From the NCBI GenBank assembly GCA_002269645.1, contig NIVC01000013.1, forward strand, positions 868,001 to 932,000: a DNA stretch of 64,000 bases, written 5' to 3'. The notes under the pieces were generated by a model, which was not told where the DNA came from, searched no databases, and saw only the letters and a program-made list of their open reading frames with translations. How positions within the stretch are numbered: position 1 is the first letter of the stretch; each line of letters opens with the position of its first letter. Made by a program: the position numbers and the translations under genes. This DNA is from Macrostomum lignano (lineage: Eukaryota). This document shows positions 1 through 11,983 of the stretch, in pieces.

Positions 1-150
1 TAGTCAGTTGTCAGGGTGACCTAGTCAGTTGTCAGGGTGACCTAATCAGTTGTCAGGGTGACCTAGTCAGTTGTCAGGGTGACCTAGTCAGTTGTCAGGG
101 TGACCTAGTCAGTTGTCAGGGTGACCTAGTCAGTTTTCAGGGGGTCCTAA
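1..150. repeat. 21-bp tandem repeat (TAGTCAGTTGTCAGGGTGACC), about 6-7 copies, truncated by window edge
   Basis: Direct 21-bp periodicity from base 1, degenerating after about 126; would lie in intron 1 of the ferlin gene. Confidence 0.95.
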
Positions 151-510
151 CAGTGTGTCATGAGGCCTAATCGGGAGCCATGGGGCTTGAGCGGATGTGA
201 AGAGTCCAGAGTAAAGCTCCTAAACAGTTCTAGTTTTTTATTAGAATCCTAAATCTAGCCTGAGAAATGGGAAGCAGGAAAACTGAGCCCATCTCAAACA
301 GGATTGGATTGGCAGTTTCCAGTCGAGTGCTACTGCATGCTCATTCTGATGGCAGCACATTCGTTTCTCAATTCCAATTAAGCGGTGACGCGGACGTCTC
401 TTAGTGTTTTTAAGAGTTCAACGAGAAAGAGAGGCTTTGAGGGAGCTATTGACATCCCTCCACCTGAGTGGAAGGGAGTATGAAAGTGCAGGAGTCGCAC
501 CAAAACTCAC

Positions 511-589
511 CGCGAAATGTTGCCTTCAACAGCCTCTCGCCTTTGCCATCGAGGCCCTCAAGCAGTCTCACGTTGAGTATCAGAGCCAT
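511..589 (-). CDS. OTOF: First coding exon of an otoferlin-like ferlin (N-terminal C2A domain start); rest of gene beyond left edge
   Basis: Minus strand ATG(589)...CGC G|gtgagt translates to MALILNVRLLEGLDGKGERLLKATFRG, matching the otoferlin N-terminus as I recall it ([27 protein letters not shown]), with a phase-1 donor in the final Gly. Acceptor ttcatttcag| lies 14 nt upstream. Too short for the ORF track. Confidence 0.7.
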
Positions 590-888
590 TCAGCCGTTTC
601 ACCCTGAAATGAAGCGGAGGAGAAATGGCAACTACTCAAGTGAAAGTGAAATCTTGTATTAGTAAAATCTGCCACTTTGAGCCGAGGGAACGATGCGAAC
701 GTTTCGTTGTTGGGAAGAGCCGCGCTTATGTCTGGGGTTGCTAAAAATAATTCCAAAGTGCGCAGGTGATGTACAATAAACGTAAACAGTACGGAAGAGG
801 TGCAGCAGAATTGAAATTAGAAATGCGACTTGCCGAGACAATTAATTTAAATTCAGAGGATGGGACAACGAAAGGCGACTTGACTCCA

Positions 889-1690
889 CCTATCCACTGG
901 CAGCTCTATCTATCCACTGGCAGCTCTATCTATCCACTGGCAGCTCTATCTATCCACTGGCAGCTCTATCTATCCACTGGCAGCTCTATCTATCCACTGG
1001 CAGCTCTATCTATCCACTGGCAGCTCTATCTATCCACTGGCAGCTCTATCTATCCACTGGCAGCTCTATCTATCCACTGGCAGCTCTATCTATCCACTGG
1101 CAGCTGTATCTATCCACTGGCAGCTCTATCTATCCACTGGCAGCTCTATCTATCCACTGGCAGCTCTATCTATCCACTGGCAGCTCTATCTATCCACCGG
1201 CAGCTCTATCTATCCACTGGGCTCTATCTATCCACTGGCAGCTCTATCTATCCACTGGCAGCTCTATCTATCCACTGGCAGCTCTATCTATCCACTGGAA
1301 GCTCTATCTATCCAGGCAGCTCTATCTATCCACGGCAGCTCTATCTATCCACTGGCAGCTCTATCTATCCTGAGGCAGCTCTATCTATCCACTGGCAGCT
1401 CTATCTATCCACTGGCAGCTCTATCTATCCACCGGCAGCTCTATCTATCCACTGGCAGCTCTATCTATCCACTGGCAGCTCTATCTATCCACGGCAGCTG
1501 TATCTATCCACGGCAGCTCTATCTATCCACTGGCAGCTCTATCTATCCACTGGCAGCTCTATCTATCCACTGGCAGCTCTATCTATCCACCGTCAGCTCT
1601 ATCTATCCACTGGCAGCTCTATCTATCCAAGGCAGCTCTATCTATCCACTGGCAGCTCTATCTATCCAATGGCAGCTCTATCTATCAGTG
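889..1690. repeat. 20-bp minisatellite (TCCACTGGCAGCTCTATCTA), about 40 copies
   Basis: Direct 20-bp periodicity; explains the spurious ORF 766..1779. Confidence 0.95.
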
Positions 1691-3085
1691 GATCTATCTA
1701 TCTACGCAGGTGCTTCCAAATCCCCGTTCAGCCTCCTCCTGCTATACAATCAGATCGAAATAATCCAGCAAATTTCTAATTAGAATCTTTTTTGTTGTGC
1801 TTCGTAATGTGTTCGTTTCAACTCAAGCACACCTCATCATATTTGAGCACAACAATTTTTTTCGGCAGGCAATTATGAAACCGTTGAACTGCAGCAAAAA
1901 ACGGTCCCACTCAGGAGTCCCCTACCTACCAGCCGCTAACTACCCCGGTTTCCCTAATTAGCGGGCGGAACAGCAATTTCAGAATTGATTGACAAGCATC
2001 GGCAACTCTGCGAAGCGGACAGGGGAAGAGAAAAGTCGAGAAGCTGCATGCTGATTCTTTAATGATGAAAAATTTAGTAAGACACGGTTAAGTAATTGTC
2101 TCACCTCAACGGTTCCTTGGTTGGTTCCTCTATCAACTGTTGACGTATTTTGAAACTGTCTAGCTCAGTTAAAGAACAGAGAAGTCTGGGAGCGCAGGCG
2201 CTCACCGTATGACACAGGCCAGGCCGTATTGCGAACGAGCGCCATCAACAGACCCCAGCAAGTCCTGTCAAGGCTATTTATGGCCCATGGAGTGGGAGAG
2301 TGTTGGGGGTGGTGCCGTTGCCACCCAAGTCTCCCCGTCTCCCATTGAGCGCGATTGAGGAGTATGAACACGGATGGTGGGGTGGCGCAGGGACGGCGGG
2401 GGGGGGGGGCTGGTTGGAAACAAGAACAACGAAACCCCCCCCATCCCGACTCAGTGCATAGTACCTTGGGTGAGTGGAGCTGCTATGGGGATTGGGGCGT
2501 AGTGGCATGCTGCTCTTCCAGCCAATGAGAAGGCACCATGAGCCCTGTGTGGGCTCTTCCTAGGTACGTCGTATGGACCTCCAATCGCTTCCCTCTATAT
2601 CAAATCTATATCACAGACATTACAAATTAAAAAGGAGAAAGTACCTTGAAAGGGAAGGTACTTGCTCAAAATAAGGTAGGACAAACAAACAATAACTGAT
2701 GGCAGACTGATGGATGACAGACAACGTGAATCGACCCTTTAAGTCAGCGGGGTGGGTTGCATCTGCATGCCCCATTTCGGTGGGGGAGGGACAGATTAAG
2801 CCAAGAGCGCCACTATACGATTGGGTGCTAGCGCGAGGGGCGACGGATATGCACTCGCAGCTTGAAAAGGATCAGAAAAAAGGTCAGAAAAAGAGCTATT
2901 ATCAAATGATGAGCCATTAAATCGGATAATGGTTGATGGGGTCTATGAGATTGTCACACAGCGAGCTTTGCCCTGCGGGAAAATCTCGTACTCCTGACTG
3001 ATGTGTACAAAGCGACGAAAAAATAACTATAAGTTGCGCAATCAAACCAAAAAAATTGGCCTCGTGGTTGATGGCGAGCAGGCCG

Positions 3086-3456
3086 ATTTCAGCACAAAAA
3101 AGTTGAAATTGCTTTTGATAGCAGGCAGGCCCATAATTTTCATATTTTTATATGACTTGCCTATCTTATAGTTGTATAATTGATACTCGCAGACTAGCTT
3201 TTTGTTTAGAAAATTGGGGTTCTAATGTAAATCTTATCTTCTACGTACGAGTACATTTCCTGTGCCTAAAAATTACTGATATGTAACAAAACTGATTCTA
3301 GGCAACATTTAGTTTAAGCATTCTGGAAAAATAAAGCCTTTTCATTCTAAACAAAGAGCTCTACAAATATCATAGCCACAAGAAAGACAAGTCATATCAA
3401 AATATGATTATTGGGTCTGCCCGCTATCAAAAGAAATTACAATATTTTGCTGAAAT
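3086..3456. mobile_element. Degenerate MITE-like element with about 125-bp imperfect terminal inverted repeats
   Basis: 3086-3212 (atttcagca...ttttgatagcaggcaggcccataa...atatgacttg...tttgtttagaa) is the imperfect reverse complement of 3340-3456. No TSD identified. Confidence 0.65.
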
Positions 3457-5156
3457 AAGGAAGAACTAAATTCTCTCTAGTGTAATTTCGATAAAACCTG
3501 ACTTCCAAATTTTTTCAAGAAACGTATGTAGTTTCCAATCCTTCTACTCGAGTAATAAAATACAATCTCAATTGTACGAGTATACTGTCAAAGAAGACGC
3601 CTGTTGATCCAACGGTGTAATACGACATATACTGTAAATTGTGGAACTATTCCCGTTGCAACATGTTTATATGTTCACTAAACTAATATAGCGATCGGCA
3701 ACAGGCAAAAGCAATCCATTAAGATTTATTCGTGGCATCTTACAATCAGATTTTCATTTTTCTTGCCGCTGACAGGAGCAAAATTTGCATTCTGAACTAT
3801 ATATGAGAAGCTGAAGAGCTCTCATGCTTCTGTATAGATCGTTCATTGGATCGCAAATTGGATGCAGGACTTACAGCAGCATAAGTGTATGCAAGCAAAG
3901 CTTTGGACATGGCTTTACAAAGGCGTCACTAGGGCTGAAATAGAAGTCTCAAAGGAATTCTTGTCAGAGAAACAAACTCGTCGGAGAACTCCCGAGCAGT
4001 CGCTTCGCTCATTGAAAATTCTAATGGCGTCGCACTGCACGTGTTGTCCCCCCCCGCCGCTGATAAGCCGGGAACTCCTTTGACAAATTAAAATAGTTAC
4101 AACTGTCTCCAACCTCCAACATCGCTATAGCTAGCATACCCTATACTATCAACTGTTCAGTTAGTGACGGACTCAGTTGCAGTATCGCGGGTCATGCAGG
4201 CATCTGTAAAACACAGAGACTCACACTCACCAGCAGCTCAAGCTTAGCTCAGCTGGGAGTAGAACTAAAACAGAAAAAAAAACTGTGGGGAGACAACGGA
4301 AGGGAGCGATCAATTTCACTTATTATTCAGAGCTCGTGGCTATGTAACAGGCTGACAGAACGCCATACTGCTGTCTGCATGGGCAAACACACACTTGTTG
4401 ATTCGGCGAGCCAAGTCGACAGAAAACCGGAAGTTCATCCTTCGAGCAGTTTTTGCTGCATGCACGACGTTCAGCATCCGTATTACGATAGTCTTTATGG
4501 CTACATAAGGGTCGATATTGCAAAACGTTCGTTCTAACTAGTTGTACATCCATTATACTAAAAATTTTAGCTTAAATTTGTTAATAAGAATCCTATATAA
4601 TAAAAACAGATTAGGTGAATCGATTTTGAACTTTCTGGAGAAATATCTGCTGGATTTATCGCTAATCAACATTCCGCTGACTCCTTTGCACATACAAGCG
4701 CCCAATACTGTACGCACGGTTAGGGTTAGGGTTGTACACTCACAGAGGGTGTACAGCGGCCCTGCCTGTCTAATCGTCAGACATGTACACTTTCTGGCTC
4801 TCTTGATTTTTCGGGTACACACAAGCCCTCAATGATTGTGGAGGCTCACGGAATTGAACCCAACCAGAGGTCGTGACGCGTGGCTCGAGAGCCACTATGT
4901 AAATTCCTTGTGCCACTATTCATCAAATTTATGCAAACAAATTCAATTTAACAAATTATCCGCCGTAAATCCCGTAGCGATAATCCCAGAATTAATCCCA
5001 GGCCTTGTAATTAAATGGATTCAACAAAGAATTTATTTGCAAAATCGTAACAGACTACTCAAACACAGTAGATTAATACGGTTTATCGAGTCTCAAAAAT
5101 ATTAGATTAAAAAATACTCGTAATAACGCTTACACTAGTTCACTAGTTTTACACTT

Positions 5157-5455
5157 CTAAGAGGGGTTGTAGCCTAGTGGTCAGAGCGTCGGACTCACGA
5201 CTCAACGTCGGGGGTTCGATATCCCGATCCCACTAGGAACAATCTGCGTCCTTGAGCAAGACACTTAACTATGCATTGCTTCAGTTCACCCAGCTGTAAA
5301 ATGGGTGCCGGCATTAGCTGGGGAAATTGAGGATGTGTGTGGGACCCCCCCCCCCAGTCCTTGGACTAAACAGCAGTACGCAGCCTTCAGATGCGCCACG
5401 CAATAGCTGCGGCTGAGCTGTCGGTTGCACATCTGTCCATCATTATATTATATTT
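5157..5455 (+). mobile_element. tRNA-derived CORE-SINE
   Basis: A-box-like (tagcctagtggtc) and B-box-like (ggttcgat) head, then CCTTGAGCAAGACACTTAAC...CTTCAGTT...CTGTAAAATGGG resembling the MIR CORE domain, and an (ATATT)n tail. A second copy lies at 17099-17389. Confidence 0.85.
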
Positions 5456-6732
5456 TAGTATATAGGATTACACTTCTAAAGATACGAACTTATCTAAGTT
5501 TTCTCAACATTGTCTGTGATTCCTTTAAAGTTTTGTCTCCCGTACACACAGAACCAAGTGGTTTGACCTTTTTAGTACCTTTCAGAACTATAAACACTAG
5601 ATCATTTTTTAAATAGCAAGACATTCCTACATAAACTACCATCGAATCAAATTGAATCCATACAAGACAACATGGATGAAACAACAATAATAGAAAAATT
5701 TATTAAGCACAAATGAAATTACAACTATTTATTAGATGACAATTCAAATACAACAATATTTTTCAATTAGAATCTACTAGTAACATGCTTGTAAAATAAA
5801 ATATATTACACAATAACAGATCATCGAGTGGCTGTTGAAATACCAAAAAATAGAACAAAACAGGGTATATACTACTTGTATTGCTATCCATTAACTTTTA
5901 AAGCAAAAACACATGTGAAAAAAAGATTCAAATCGTAGGAGAAATAAACCAGCAATATGAAAAATCATAAAACAGGATTAATTATAAATTTTATTATTAT
6001 CTACAATAAGATTACGCATGTTTGAGTACATGTAAGCTATGTGTCAGATGAGTTAAAAAACGCATTAGTACCTACTTATAATAGCTTAAAATGAAATGGT
6101 GGCACTTATAAATAAAACTAATATAGAATTTATTTATCGCTAAATAGACGATTTTTTGTGCATAAATTAAAACATTGTCAAGGCTCATGGGGGGCTGCTC
6201 AGATGCTTTGATGCCAAAGCTCACATGGTACGATTTTTGCTTTAAAACATATTTTTTCCTAAGAGATTACTCTAAGGATGCTTGCTATCTGGGGGGATGC
6301 TTGCTGTCTTGAAGATGTTTTCTCTTTAGGGGAAATGTCTGTTATCTTTGTAAATGCTATATTCTGTTGCGTCTTTGTTAATTTTAGAAAAAAGAGATTC
6401 CTAGCAAACATCTTTGCCCGTGACAGTTTTACTCGAGCAAGTTTATTTATAAAACTATCTAGGAGTTGGTTCTCAAGAAAATGTGCTTTTATAATTGTTT
6501 TCTTATGAATAAAGTTCTGATTTTATAGGTATAGATTTTTGCTCCTTGCTCAATGCGCGCCCCGAATGGGGCACTAGATTGCTAGTCTTCGTTCCTAAGA
6601 GATTACCATTGGTGACTGTAGAACGTCAAACATTTTTAGTATATGGATTATGAAGTATGATTTGAACTATGTTGAAGAATCAATCAGTATCAACAAAAAA
6701 CGGTTACTATCGAACACTTGAAATGTCACAGT

Positions 6733-7565
6733 TCACTTGGCGTGCACAGTGGTGGAGTGCATTAGCAGACTGTCCGATCTGATGAACCGCATGCCGCACA
6801 CTTCGCATTGGAAGGGTTTTTCACCCGAGTGCACCATCTTGTGATAGTTCAGACTGTACGATTGGCTGAATTTCCTACCGCACTCGTTGCATTCGTAGGG
6901 TCGCTCACCGGTGTGCAGTCTTGAATGACAGGTGAGCTGACCTGAGCTAATGAATCGTTTGTCGCACACTTTGCACTGATAAGGCCGTTCACCAGTGTGC
7001 ACTCTAGTGTGAGTGCTCAACTGACCAGACAGAGCGAACCGCTTGTTGCACACGTTACACTGGTAGGGCTTTTCACCCGTGTGCGTCCGTACGTGCGCCC
7101 TTAGACCGCACGCGTCGGCGAATGATTTGTCGCAGTGCTGGCACTTGTGCGGCGTCTCCTTCCGGTGCACAGCCGCGATGTGACCCTGCAGATGGCTCAG
7201 CCTGGTGAAGCCTTTCTGGCAGGTATCGCACTCGAACGGCCGCTCGCCGCTGTGCACTCTGATATGCCGTCTTAGATCGCTCTTCCACATGAAGCTTTTC
7301 TCGCAGTGTTCGCACGGGTAGCGCTTCTTTGCTGCCGAGGAATTATCTTTAGCCTTCTTAGGCCGGCTTGAAGCCTTCTTCCTGCTAGACTTCGCTGTCG
7401 AATGTACCTCCGTTGGTTGCGTCTCTTCCTGTTCGCCATCTTCCAACGAGTTCCTGGTCGATTCTTCGTCGGGCAGTGGAGCAAGCCGGGACGGGCCAGC
7501 ACCCGATTGCTGCTGTTGAGTCGGCTGAGCTTGATTAGCGGCCGCGTAACGTCGCTTGGTAGGAA
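6733..7565 (-). CDS. C2H2 zinc-finger gene 1, terminal exon (exon A; 7 fingers)
   Basis: Acceptor tttttag|TT at 7565 in phase 1 of ORF 6733..7599; seven C-x2-C-x12-H-x3/4-H fingers with TGEKP-type linkers; stop TGA. Confidence 0.9.
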
Positions 7566-7646
7566 CTAAAAAAATGAACGCTACACTATATCTAAGCACA
7601 AATTGGAGTTAAAAATGTAATCTGAGCTACAATACAAGCGTCTTAC

Positions 7647-8435
7647 ATTTGTGCCGAATTGAATGGTAGGTGAGATGGCTGGACAATCGGAACTGCTTGC
7701 CGCACACGTCGCATTTAAAAGGTTTTTCTCCGGTGTGAATTCGCCAATGCTTGCTGAGATGGCTGGAGTTTCGGAACCTCTTGCCGCACACCTTGCACGG
7801 GAACGGACGCTCCCCGGTGTGACTCCGGATGTGGACGTTCAACGTGCCGCGGTCGGCGAAGCCTCTGCCGCAGTACTGGCAGCAGAACGGTTTCTCCTTC
7901 TTGTGCACCCCGTTGATGTGAATTCTCAGGTGGCTGGCCCGCATAAACCGCTTGTCGCACAGTTCGCAGGGAAACGGCCGTTCGGCGCTGTGCACTCGCT
8001 GGTGCTTCTCCAGGTCGGCCTCGTTAGAGAACGTCTTGACGCAGTGGCCGCATCGGTAGCGAGGCTCCACTACAGCTGGTGGGACAGCATTGAAGCTGGT
8101 ATTGCTAATGCTATCAGCTGGATTAGCAACCACCAACCCGTTCTGAGCTGACGCCACTGTCATTGCGGGCATGCCGTTGAGCACGAAAGTGTTAATCTCT
8201 TGCTGGCTGGGCATTGGAACACCCGATTGCCCAATAGAGACCGCATTGGATGGGCCCGGCTGGTTGGCATCGTGCGCCAAACTGTGCCGCTCCTCTACGC
8301 AACCAGGATCTGAATCGCAGTCGTCTTCGTGCGAATTGTCTTCCAAGTCTCCAGAATAATGCGCCTCATTATTGGGAAGATTTAGGACCTGCTCCTCAGT
8401 GTGCTCTGTGCCTTCGTTACGAGCGGCGGCCTGAC
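7647..8435 (-). CDS. C2H2 zinc-finger gene 1, exon B (5 fingers)
   Basis: Donor CAC AAA T|gtaaga at 7646 (phase 1). Acceptor catccag| at 8435 (phase 1); an alternative in-frame acceptor lies at 8516. Confidence 0.85.
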
Positions 8436-8577
8436 CTGGATGTATAATATATTTCACTCTGTTTGAACTAAACAAAAAGTACGAGCCAATCTGTATAATA
8501 ATGCTGTCGATAAAAACTAAGTACAGTTTTAAAGAAACGATATAGATTAGAACAATGAAAATAAATGGTGAACCTAC

Positions 8578-9303
8578 GTTTGTGCTGCCTCGAATGATAG
8601 GCAAGATGACCGGACAGCCGGAACTGCTTGCCGCACACGTCGCAGTTGAACGGTTTTTCACCAGTGTGCAGTCTGGAATGATTGCTGAGATGGCTGGAGT
8701 TTCGGAACCTCTTGCCGCACACCTTGCACGGGAACGGACGCTCCCCGGTGTGACTCCGGATATGGACGTTCAACGTGCCGCGGTCGGCAAAGCCTCTGCC
8801 GCAGTACTGGCAGCAGAACGGCTTCTCCTTCTTGTGCACCCCGTTGATGTGGATTCTGAGGTGGCTGGCCCGCATAAACCGCTTGTCGCACAGTTCGCAG
8901 GGGAACGGCCGTTCGGCGCTGTGCACTCGCTGGTGCTTCTCCAGGTCGGCCTCGTTAGAGAACGTCTTGACGCAGTGGCCGCATCGGAGACGCGATTCAA
9001 TCGTAGAAGCGCCAGCTCCGGAGCTCGGTCCATTCGGCATAGCAACGGAGCTCATTAACTCGCCGCTGAGTACGAAACTATTAATCGCACCTGCTGGCAT
9101 CATCTCGGACACGTACAAAGTCTCTAGCAGGTCTGGCACAAGATCGCTATGATTTGCTGCACTTGGTTGCAGATCCGGTATGAAGTGTGGCGGCGGCGGC
9201 GGCGGCGGAGGAGCGTTCGGCATATGAAAACTCGACTGATGCGGCTGCGCGTTGGGGACGTAAAATGCTGACGCAGCTGTCGCTTCATTGTGCTGCACGT
9301 TTT
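8578..9303 (-). CDS. C2H2 zinc-finger gene 1, exon C (Pro-rich leader + 5 fingers)
   Basis: Acceptor atttcag|AA at 9303 and donor CAC AAA C|gtaggt at 8577, both phase 1. Confidence 0.85.
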
Positions 9304-10129
9304 CTGAAATATTATACAAGCATACGTTGAAATTGGATTGGCATCAGGAGTCAATCCGACAACAACAAAGATTTTTCATGGAAGTTGTCGAAGAAGTCAA
9401 GTTTTTTCAAATACCCTACTATTAGTAGCGGTCAGTAGTTTAAATAGTTAATGGTAGGAAGTACGGCTCGAGGTTTTCGGATTTGTGTAGAAATAGGAAG
9501 CTGTTGGGCTTCAAAGCTTCAACTACTAGGCTAAAATTCCCGACATAAAGAGTCAAAATAAAGTATCTTGCGCAAACATAGCATTTAAGCTTGTATTCCG
9601 AATGAAGCTTCATGACAGTTGCATTGTGGCTAGGGTCATGTCTTTGATGGATTTTGTCTCAATTTCCATTACGTATCTATTTTCTTGAGTCAGTAGGCGA
9701 AATACTTAATCCTCTGCTGTAAGATTTTTTAATTCTAAACTTTATCTGGGACCTCCTATTCAAATTTATCACGGGAAGCACTATAGAAGTTCCAACTACA
9801 CTTAAACAGGACGTGAACTTGTGAATTCTGAACTAATAAATATACTCAACAACATTTGGGAAGAGCGGAGGGCGAAGATTGGATGGATTGAAGCTTGGAT
9901 GGGTTGGCCAGGTGAGCTGGTCGAAAGACACTGCTCACTGGAGCAAAGAGTGGCGACTTTTCAATGTTGCTGAGCATATCATTTCAAACGTGTAAGGTGT
10001 ATCTTTGCAGAGTTCTCTACTGTTTGTCATCAGCGTTTCGTAAATTCCAGTTCATTAATAACCTTTGCGTTCATCTGACTTGGTGTTTCTCCAACACAAC
10101 GCAACACTCAAATTTAACAGTCGACTCAC

Positions 10130-11183
10130 CAGTGTGACTTCTTAAATGATTAGCAAGGCTGCCAGACTGAGTGAAGCCTTTGCCGCACACTGTGCACTGG
10201 TAAGGTTTTTCGCCAGTATGCGTTCTCAAGTGACTGGCTAGACTGCTTGGCTGATTAAATCGTTTTTCGCATCTATTGCACTGGTAGGGTTTTTCGCCAG
10301 TGTGCAGCCTCGAGTGACGAGTCAGTTGACTAGACAGACTGAATTTCTTGTCGCACACTTTGCACTGGTAGGGCTTGTCGCCCGTGTGCGTTCTAGTGTG
10401 AACTCGAAGGGAGCAAGAATCGGCAAATGCTTTGTCGCAGTGCTGGCATTTGTGCGGCTTCTCCTTCTTGTGCACGGCGGCCACGTGACCCTGCAGGTGA
10501 CTTAGCCGAGTGAACTTCTTCGGGCACTCGATGCATTTAAACGGCCGTTCGCCGGAGTGAACTCGAAAATGAATATCTAATGCATTCTTCCAAGGAAAAG
10601 TTTTGTCGCACTCTACGCATTGGTAGAGCTTTTTAGCTTTTGTATTAGCATCTCCAGCAGCGCCAGATTCCTGAAGTTTATCAGCGTGCTTAGCTTCAGT
10701 GTGAGACTTCAGATGACCCATCTGAGTGAATCGTTTCTGGCAATACTCGCACTGATATGGCCGCTCGCCGCTATGCACGCGATAGTGGACTTTTAAATTC
10801 TTCTTCGAAGCAAAGAACTTGCCGCACTGCTCGCACTGGTGACGCGGCTTCGGTCGCTTAACCCTTTTTTTTCTTTTAATATCAACTGAGCTTTCGTCAG
10901 ATTTACTGTGCTCAGAGCCGCTTGCCTCACTCTCATCATTATCTTCCTGTTCTATTGTGACCTCTTCCGGCGACTGATTTGCAGACTCGTTCACAGTGGA
11001 CTTGGATTGTTCAGCCTCTTCGCTAGCTTCGGAGGAGCTTCTATCGTCGGCTTGACCTACTTCTGAACTACATTCGACTTCGCAGTTCGACTCGGAGTTT
11101 ACAGAATTTTGATAAACTAGTGCCGACTTGGGATTGGGATTCGCTGGCAGAGATTCCGCTGCCGCAGTTTCATGCAGCTCCAT
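10130..11183 (-). CDS. C2H2 zinc-finger gene 1, first coding exon (exon D; acidic leader + 8 fingers)
   Basis: ATG 11183 (MELH...) with acceptor ttccag| 5 nt upstream; donor CAC ACT G|gtgagt at 10129. Spliced D+C+B+A = 3402 nt = 1133 aa, 25 fingers. Confidence 0.85.
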
Positions 11184-11450
11184 CAGAGCTGGAATGCAAA
11201 TAAATAAATAAACTGCAGCTGTTGTTGTCGTCCTTTAAATACGGGTAGCTTTTAACATCATGTGAATAGAAAGTTGGAGGAAAGTTGAAGATCGGAAAGT
11301 AGAAGTTCCGGTGTGTGAGGGTATTCCTCAGCCTTAAAATTTAAAAGGATGACTTCCCTCCAGAAACTAATGCGGGCCTCATCTTGGAAATGCTGCGTGA
11401 CGCTGGGGGATGCCAAACTCGGTCAGGAAGTGTTTGAAATTTTATCCGAG

Positions 11451-11983
11451 GAGGGCGCCAGCTACAGAGGTGGTGCCAGCTACAGAGGTGGTGCCAGCTA
11501 CAGAGGTGGTGCCAGCTACAGAGGTGGTGCCAGCTACAGAGGTGGTGCCAGCTACAGAGGGGGTGCCATCTACAGAGGGGGCACCAGCTACAGAGGGGGC
11601 GCCAGCTACAGATCGGGAGCCAACTACAGAGGGGGCGCCAGCTACAGAGGGGGCGCTAGTTACAGAGGGGGCGCCAGCTACAGAGGGGGCGCCAGCTACA
11701 GAGGGGGCGCTAGTTACAGAGGGGGCGCCAGCTACAGAGGGGGCGCCAGCTACAGAGGGGGCGCCAGCTAGAGGGGGCGCCAGCTAGAGGGGGCGCCAGC
11801 TACAGAGGGGGCGCCAGCTAGAGGGGGCGCCAGCTACAGAGGGGGCGCCAGCTAGAGGGGGCGCCAGCTACAGAGGGGGCGCCAGCTACAGAGGGGGCGA
11901 CAGCTAGAGGGGGCGCCAGCTAAAGAGGGGGCGCCAGCTACAGAGGGGGCGACAGCTAAAGAGGGGGCGCCAGCTACAGAGGT
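11451..11983. repeat. 18-bp G-rich minisatellite (GGGGGCGCCAGCTACAGA), about 30 copies with 16-bp variants
   Basis: Direct periodicity; 5' copies read GGTGGTGCC, later copies GGGGGCGCC. Confidence 0.95.

Noticed and set aside
766-1779. 337-aa ORF
   Set aside because: Read-through of a stop-free 20-bp minisatellite; the 20-aa period is 3 x 20 bp.
2165-2920. GC-richer block with several short ORFs
   Set aside because: No recognisable domain, splice pattern or terminal repeats; possibly an unclassified repeat.
4708-4725. GGTTAGGGTTAGGGTT telomere-like repeat
   Set aside because: Only about 2.5 units, internal, a common motif in repeats; not evidence of a telomere or fusion.
5157-5240. tRNA-like sequence
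   Set aside because: Head of a SINE; it runs into the CORE domain and lacks a proper acceptor stem.
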